Origin: Candidatus Multivoradales bacterium
GTDB taxonomy: Bacteria > Acidobacteriota > Thermoanaerobaculia > Multivoradales > J023
DNA: 64,000 nucleotides
Assembly: GCA_965248925.1 (NCBI GenBank)
Contig: CBDFLE010000005.1
Span: 1,216,001-1,280,000 of the forward strand
Direction of reading: 5' to 3'
The notes under the pieces were generated by a model. That model saw only the letters and a list, made by a program, of their open reading frames with translations. It ran no database searches and was not told the DNA's origin. This document shows, in pieces, positions 57,441-64,000 of the stretch (within the stretch, counting starts at the first letter, position 1; every line of letters starts with the position of its first letter). The translations under genes and the position numbers were made by a program.

Positions 57441-59081
57441 CCCTCTGTGCCAATGTAGGTGAGACACTCCCGTACCGATAAATTAGTGAGGGCGTGGAGA
57501 GCAAACACCATGGCGAGTCCAAGCCACGAGCTGCGAGATATGAGTGCTGACCGACCAGATCCCGAGGTAACTGAGAAGGCGAAGCGGCGGCGGTACAGCG
57601 CGTCGTACAAGCTGAGCATCGTCCAGGCCGCCGACGCCTGTAGCAAAGCCGGCGAGATTGGCGCCCTGCTTCGCCGGGAGGGTCTGTATTCCTCACTCCT
57701 ATCGAAGTGGCGCCAGCAACGCGATGCCAGTGCTCTGGCCGGTCTGTCGAAGAAGCGCGGTCGCAAGCGTCGACCGGTCTCTGCCGAGGCCCGCCGCGTC
57801 GCGGAGCTTGAGCGTGAGAATGCCCGGCTCAAGCATCAGCTGTACAAAGCCGAGACGATCATCGATGTCCAAAAAAAACTTTCCCGGCTGCTAGGGATCG
57901 AGCCGAGCGAGAGCCAGCCATGAGCGCTGTGGCGCCGCTGGCCGAGACGGTGGGGGTGCAAGCAGCCTGCGTCGCCTTGGCGGTCCCCAGAGCCACTTTC
58001 TATCGCCGCCGTCGGCAGCAGAGCGCAGGGCCGCAGCTATCAACGCGGCCTCGACCGCCGCTGGCATTGACGCCCGCTGAACGCCAGGAGGTCCTCGATG
58101 TGTTGCACTCGGAGCGCTTCGTCGACCGCTCGCCGCGTCAAGTCTGGGCGGCGCTGCTGGACGAGGATCAGCGCCATATCTGCTCGGTGCGCACCATGTA
58201 CCGGGTCCTGGAGTCTGAGGGCGAGCTGCGCGAGCGACGCCGTCAGCGGCGTCATCCCAACTACACCAAGCCCGAACTGCTGGCCACAGGGCCGAACGAG
58301 GTGTGGTCGTGGGACATCACCAAGCTCAAGGGCCCGGTGAAGTGGACCCACTACTACCTTTACGTAATTCTGGACGTCTTCAGCCGCTACATCGTCGGCT
58401 GGATGCTCGCCTGCCGCGAGTCCGGAGGGCTCGCGAAGCGGTTGATCGCCGACAGTGTTGAGAAGCAAGGTGTTGAGCGAGATCGACTTACCTTGCACTC
58501 GGACCGCGGTTCGAGCATGACATCCAAGCCAGTGGCTCTACTGCTGGCCGATCTCGGGATGACACGGTCGCTGAACCGGCCCTACACGAGCAACGACAAT
58601 CCGTTCTCTGAGGCCCAGTTCAAGACGCTCAAGTACCATCCGAGCTTTCCCGACCGCTTCGGATCACTGGAAGATGCACGAGCATTCTGCCGCTCGTTCA
58701 TCGGCTGGTACAACACGCAGCACTACCACACAGGACTCGGCTTGTTGACGCCAGAGACCGTCCACTACGGCCTCACGGCCTCAGTACTGGAGCAACGTCG
58801 AGAAGTCCTCGCCGCCGCCTCAGCCGCTCATCCAAGCCGCTTCAAGCGGCGAGCGCCGGCTTTGCCGGAGCCCAGTGACAAGGTCTGGATCAACCCGCCG
58901 ACCACCGCCGCCAGCACTGACCCAGTCGATACCGAGAACGTAGTGACACACCGCGTACACAACGACGCACCAGGCGAGACCCCTGGCTGCGCGCCCTCGC
59001 TGAAAGCGATGGTGCCGGAGCCACTACCGATTCCGTACTAATTCCCAGAAGAAAGTGTCTCACTTTCATTGACACATTCCG
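57441..59081 (+). mobile_element. IS3-family element, copy 2 (1641 bp; orfA about 57510-57923, orfB 57920-59041)
   Basis: Near-identical to copy 1; GTT on both flanks; excision restores the frame ...VIRSQLEQLYQDG... Confidence 0.93.
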
Positions 59082-59448
59082 GTTGGAGCAGCTCTACCAA
59101 GACGGTGTCACCATCGAGGAAGTGTGGCAGGGAGCTGCCGAAGGCTTTCAAGCAGAAGAGAGCATTGAAGCTGTCGCCAACTACCTGGAATCCGGTCTGC
59201 TCCGTGTGCATCAGTTTCAAACCGAACAGCTCCTGCAAGCCATCGAGCCGGGAGAGTGGAGTGCAGACGCGGTGATCGAACGTGCGTCAGACGCCTGGCG
59301 GCAGGAAGCCTTCGGCGCCTACGGCGAGGTGTTGTGTTGGCTGGTTTATTTGGCCGGTCTGCATCGACCTAGTGAACCGAACGAGCCAGTGGGCTGGGAC
59401 CTACCCATCATCGAAACTGGGATCTTCGGTCCTGCCGGGCGTTGGTGA
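59082..59448 (+). pseudogene. Distal part of a hypothetical gene interrupted by IS3 copy 2 (proximal part about 57340-57440)
   Basis: Reading frame is continuous across the IS once the element and one GTT are removed. Confidence 0.6.
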
Positions 59449-59599
59449 GCGCAGAACTACCCGCCAGACCTAGCAGCTGTTCAGCCGATGTCGACAGACT
59501 GAAGTCGCCCAGATCCACGAATCGTCGGTGACCCCAAGTCGACCAGTCGTTGCCTCCTCCGACGCTCCGACTGCTAGCTCAAGTTGTCAGTATCCTGCC

Positions 59600-60055
59600 T
59601 CTGCATCAGACAGCTTGCCATACTTGACGTAGAACTGATTCTGAAACAACTCTCCGGGATCGTACTTCGTTTGCTGTCGAAGAATCTACCTGACTGCGGG
59701 TAGGCCTTGGAGAACTGCCCGGGCGTAGCATGAAGGCGATAAGGAAGATAGAACCTTCCTTCGTGCTCGATAGCCGCATTGATCAGTTCACGCGTGAGAG
59801 CTTGCATCCGAGCCTCGTCATCAATGGTCCTGCCCTGGACAAACAGCGGTACGAATGCAGCCATAGGCTGGTCTGCATAACGCAGAAATGTGTCGTTGTC
59901 TTCATTGACCAAATGGACCGTGACATTAAGTAAGTTGGCCCCACTTTGTCGAATGATCCCGCGCATCGCGTCGACAAATCCCGCGAAGTGGTGACGGGGA
60001 ACGAAATACTCATGCAGGATGTCCGTTGACTCCGCCGACCTATTTTGGAAGACGC
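59600..60055 (-). pseudogene. C-terminal fragment of an FAD-linked oxidoreductase (ALO/DprE1-like)
   Basis: TDILHEYFVP...LLNVTV...FLRYA...GRFYLPYRLHAT..QF..AYP, then frameshifted KYDP.ELFQNQFY. Confidence 0.75.
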
Positions 60056-60096
60056 CAACGCTCTCGGGTTGCCGACAACATTTCGGAGTCCGACCG

Positions 60097-60522
60097 ATGA
60101 AGAAGACCTTCCCTACCGCCAGCTCTGCGATTCGAATCGGCTCCAGCGAGCCCTACCAGTTCGAGGTCATCTCGACCGCCAACCAGGAGAGGCTCTATGG
60201 CTTCTCGGAAGGGTTCATCAGCCTCGAAGAGGAAGGGGCGAGCTACGCGATCTCCGACGAGTTCGACGGCAAGTTGCCTTACACAAACGGCGGCTACATT
60301 ATCTTTTCCGAACCTGACTCGATAGCACTCACGATCCAGGGCGCCAACCTACTGATGCTGAGCACCGCTGCCCAAGAGCAAACTGCATCGAGCCTGATAC
60401 TGACCGACACAACAGTGTATTTACGGCTGGCAAGGCCTGAGAACGGCGACCCGTGGGGGCTGGAATTTACTCTAAAGTTCTATACCCAGATCAACCAGAT
60501 CGTCCACCGAAACTCTGCTTGA
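60097..60522 (+). CDS. Hypothetical protein or fragment
   Basis: Open frame with beta-rich composition; no recognised motif. Confidence 0.35.
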   Translation: MKKTFPTASSAIRIGSSEPYQFEVISTANQERLYGFSEGFISLEEEGASYAISDEFDGKLPYTNGGYIIFSEPDSIALTIQGANLLMLSTAAQEQTASSLILTDTTVYLRLARPENGDPWGLEFTLKFYTQINQIVHRNSA

Positions 60523-60766
60523 GCTAGCAAAGACTGACCACCATCTCTGTCACAACGCATAGTACTGCGGCCGACGCTGGGCTGTGGTCAACGAAAATCG
60601 CTCGGAATCTCGCGGCCTACGGTGGACTCAGAACTTATTGAGGTGTCCGAAAAATCGGGGCAGTCCCAGGAGCGCTGTACGAGGGTCTTGTGGCTACCCG
60701 CGGAGCCCCTTCCAAAAACGCGATCTTCTACAGCGTCGCTGACGACCCGGCGGCGGCCGGCGACCG

Positions 60767-62169
60767 CTATGGAAATGAGAAGAACGGCTCGCCGGTGAGC
60801 TTGGCGACACCCCAGTCCAGGTCGAGCTTGCCGGCCGTTCCCGTATCGACAATGCCCACCATGACTATGCCGCCATCGAGTTGGATCGTCAGGTCGGTAG
60901 CCAGGTCGGTTTTGTGCGCGCCGATGTCGAAGGGCACCAAGGCGAAACCCTGAGACCCGAAGCCCGGATCCAGCGTGCCGTCATCGAGGAGCCGAACGGC
61001 GGCAAAGTCCCGATCCGTCGTCGTATAACTGGCTTCGCCAACGGCGACCAGCTTATTGTTGGCGACCTGTGCCACGGCCCACGCTCGGCTACCGTGTGGA
61101 TAGGGAAAGGAGATCATCTGCCGCCCGTCGGTCGAGAAGCTGGCGTCGAGTGAGCCGCTGGAGGTCAGGCGCGTGAGGGCAAACATCGGATCCGAGGCGC
61201 CTGGCGCCGTCGTCTCGCCTACCAGCAAGATTCGTTGGGATGTGTCGATGGTGACGTCATAGGCAAGTTCGGCGGTCTGCTGTGCTGGGTAGAAGTCGAT
61301 CACCTGTTTGCCGCCAGCGCCGAAGGTCGAGTCTAGAGAGCCGTCGACGTTCAGACGGCTGATGGCGAAATCACGTACGTTGGTGGTTTCGGCGAAACCG
61401 GCCAGCACGACTTTACCGTCGGCTTGAATAGCCGCGGCATGGAGTTGGTCGTCCTTCGAGCTGGCGAGATCGAAGGCAACCAGCGAGTAGCCAAAGGCAC
61501 CGTAGGTCGAGTCTAGACTGCCGTTCGTCAGCAGTCGCAGGGCCAGGAATCGCGATCGGTGCCACCCGGCCACCAAATCGACCCGGCCAAGATTATCTTG
61601 CCGTCGCTCTGTTGCAGGACCTCCTCAGCATATTCGATCGTGCCAGAACCGGAGAGGTAGCTGAGCGTTGCCTTGCCGCCACTGCCGAATGAGGCGTCCA
61701 AACTACCGTCCAGATTCAGGCGCGCGACCATGAAGTCTGATTCATTGTTCGGCCCGGCCTGAGTGCCGCCGGTGACCAGAATCTTGGCGTCACTTTGGAT
61801 GGTCACTGCATTGCAATAGCTCAGACCATAGATCGGGCTGAAATCGACCGTGACCTGACCGTTGGTGCCAAAGTTGGTGTCGACTGAGCCGTCGACCAAG
61901 GTGCGTACCACGGTACAGAAACCGGTCGCCGGATCGGTCGGTGACCAAGAGCGGCCGATGATCACCAGCTTGCCGTCAGCTTGGCTGGTCACCGCCATCG
62001 CTTCGTCGATCGGATGATTGGCCGTATTCCAGGACAGCACTTCCTTGCCACCGGAACCGAAACTCGGATCGAGCTGACCTGTCGGTTGAGCCGACACAGG
62101 CCCTGGGACGATGCAAGTCATGGTCAGGGCTAGGCAGACGGTGAGGGGAGTGGTCGTGGGTCGGGGCAT
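60767..62169 (-). pseudogene. Secreted delta-60-repeat beta-propeller with a -1 frameshift near 61548
   Basis: ATG 62169 follows AGGAGG; signal peptide; repeats Q.DGKI...G....F...RL..DGSLD.SFG.GG across two ORFs. Confidence 0.85.
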
Positions 62170-62228
62170 GTGGGCCTCCTGGTCTACGGTGTCGATCAGC
62201 GGATCAACTCGTGAGTAGACTCTGAAGA

Positions 62229-62460
62229 TTAGGTTTCGCCGCTTTCGCCATGTCGTCGGTGATTAGCACCAGCGCCTGCGTCCAGGCAAGGCTGAAGGTT
62301 GGCGACCAGCTCATCGTCTAAGCCGAAAGTGCCAACCAATTCCGGCCTGCAGGGATCGACCGGATAGGCTTCCCATTCTCTGGAATCGAGAAGAGTGCTG
62401 CCTCCACCTGGGACGGCGAAGGTCTTGTCACCGGTGTCGATACCGAGAAACCGCAAGGAG
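62229..62460 (-). pseudogene. Possible thermonuclease-like fragment
   Basis: RFLGIDT resembles the SNase VR..GIDTPE motif; short and degraded. Confidence 0.3.
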
Positions 62461-62939
62461 GCACTGCCTCAGTGCGGCCACCTCCTTCTTTCTGCCAAGG
62501 CTCAGTCACCGCTACTACTTAGGACCTCAGTCTGCCACGCATTCCGTCGACAGAAGCTAAGCTTGAGCACAAAGGGACCCTCTTTGGATCGGCGTGCCAG
62601 CGCCTCCAGTGCGCAGCACCATGGCGACAATCTCGGAGTCCAACAGCAACTTAGGCCTATGTCGTAGAATCCGGCTACGCGGGGTGCTGTTCGCCACAGT
62701 TTCATCCGCCCGTAGCTACAGTGGTCTACCAGTCGTTCGCCGCAGCAAATACATCCTGCCTGATTGCGGCCAAGAGTGCATGACCGAACCATGATCCGCG
62801 CTTCTCTGGATGCCTTCGCTTCTTCTACTCCGCATCGGAGTGGCCTTCGATCTGCGCCAAATCCAACCCCCGCCGCTCCGTCTTCTTTGCCATCACATGT
62901 TCAAAGACTCTCGCGAATGCGGCCAGCTGCTCCACACAC

Positions 62940-63095
62940 GCCGCGGCCCAACTCGCGGAGTTGGTCGAGGGGACGGCCAAGGAGCAGCTTTCGGCTCACG
63001 GTTTTCTCGACCGGCTCCTTGCGGCCGAACTCGGCGAGCGGAAGGAGCGGCGGATCAAAACCTCGCTACGGCTCTCGGGGCTGCCCACGGGGCAG
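62940..63095 (+). pseudogene. istB: IS21 IstB N-terminal fragment
   Basis: AKEQLSAHGFLDRLLAAELGERKERRIKTSLRLSGLP. Confidence 0.7.
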
Positions 63096-63317
63096 GCCCA
63101 CGGTCGAGCCGGAGTACGAGATCGAGGTTCTATCCGAGGACGACAAGGTAGTGGCACGGGTAGGGAAGCTCCTCGACGTCCGGTGGAAGAACAAGTAGAA
63201 GAGCCCCGCCGCCATTCATCTTCCTGTTCTGGGAACATGCTGGCCTTTCTTCGCGTTTACCCATGACGGCCTTCGAATTAGCCGTCCTAAGAACCAACGA
63301 AGAAGGGACAGCAAGCC

Positions 63318-64000
63318 ATGAATGAACTCAGAAGGACGGCTCGAGACGGCAGAGCCCAAGAACACAGGAACTCCTCTCCCCAGGCCTGGCTCTCTTCGGA
63401 GAGCGCCAGCCGAGCATGGATTCTCGGCATTCTCCTCCTACTCGGCCTCCTCTCGGGCGTCACCGCCGCGGCCGGCAAGGGATCCAACTCACTCTCCGCC
63501 GGGAACGGGGCTTGCGTCTCGGATCTCGACTGCTCTGACGGGATCTTCTGCAATGGCTCGGAAAGCTGTGTGCGGGGCACTTGCGAGCCGGGGCCGGCCC
63601 CGTGCCCGGGAGATTCCTGCAACGAAGGCTTTGGAAGCTGCGGGGTCGGCGAGCCGCCGCGCCTCGAAGCCGGTAGCTTGACGGTCGGCAGCGATCCGGT
63701 GACCGTTCCCCTGGGGGCTGTCTACCGCCAACCGGTGGTGGTCGCTAGTGCTCACTATGACGGCGCCGCGCCACAGCTCTCGACCGTGGTCCGGATCGGC
63801 AGTGTCACCTCGACGAGCTTCCGGATCTGGCTCCAGCCAGCGGCTAATACCCTGCAGCCACCGGCCAGTGAGAGGGTCTCTTATCTGGTAGTGGAAGCCG
63901 GGGCCTGGAGCCTGAACGGATTGGCCTTCGAGGCCCAACGCTTCGTCTCCAGGGTCACGGATGGCATGCGGTTGGGAGGCGAGCGTCGCGCCTTCCTACA
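63318..64000 (+). CDS. Secreted protein with a Cys-rich module and a lectin-like beta domain (runs off the window end; absent from the ORF track)
   Basis: Open from ATG 63318: ...WILGILLLLGLLSGVTAAAG...CVSDLDCSDGIFCNGSESCVRGTCEPGPAPCPGDSCNE...RQPVVVAS...VVRIGSVTSTSFRI...ERVSYLVVEAG. Confidence 0.75.
   Translation, partial: MNELRRTARDGRAQEHRNSSPQAWLSSESASRAWILGILLLLGLLSGVTAAAGKGSNSLSAGNGACVSDLDCSDGIFCNGSESCVRGTCEPGPAPCPGDSCNEGFGSCGVGEPPRLEAGSLTVGSDPVTVPLGAVYRQPVVVASAHYDGAAPQLSTVVRIGSVTSTSFRIWLQPAANTLQPPASERVSYLVVEAGAWSLNGLAFEAQRFVSRVTDGMRLGGERRAFL

Noticed and set aside
11500-64000. Second att site duplicating the tRNA-Gln 3' end
   Set aside because: None found by eye; the island boundary is outside the window or has eroded

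Overview
GC-rich bacterial DNA. The C-terminal F-x-D-G-F-E-S-G-D tails suggest Acidobacteriota (Thermoanaerobaculia-like), which is an inference only. Bases 1-11.4 kb hold ordinary genes: an amidase 3' end, a DUF885 peptidase, a PQQ-type sugar dehydrogenase, a propeller/esterase/methyltransferase fusion, a NarL-type regulator and a GAF-GGDEF-EAL protein. From tRNA-Gln(TTG) at 11455 to the window end the DNA is an accessory, island-like region. It starts with a truncated arm-type integrase, a YWTD propeller, dsbB-dsbA between two tyrosine-recombinase copies, a PD-(D/E)XK nuclease and radC. Its centrepiece is two tandem ~3,550-aa paralogues built as signal peptide, degenerate transglutaminase-like domain, Ig-like region, DUF6531, long YD/Rhs shell, DPDG, shared pre-toxin linker and variable toxin. 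The toxins look TNT/NADase-like in copy 1 and papain-fold in copy 2, and each has an adjacent immunity-like gene. Copy 2 is coupled to an upstream Calx-beta gene fragment, and an IS4 inserted in its last codons separates it from its immunity gene. The right third is a nest of IS elements: IS4, two IS3 copies with atypical ends, two rve-integrase elements, a 2.5-kb element with internal palindromes, and IS21 scraps. It also carries a Cys-rich FG-GAP/Ig/DUF3238 protein, EamA/LysR and many gene fragments. All domain names come from motif recognition by eye; no searches were run.
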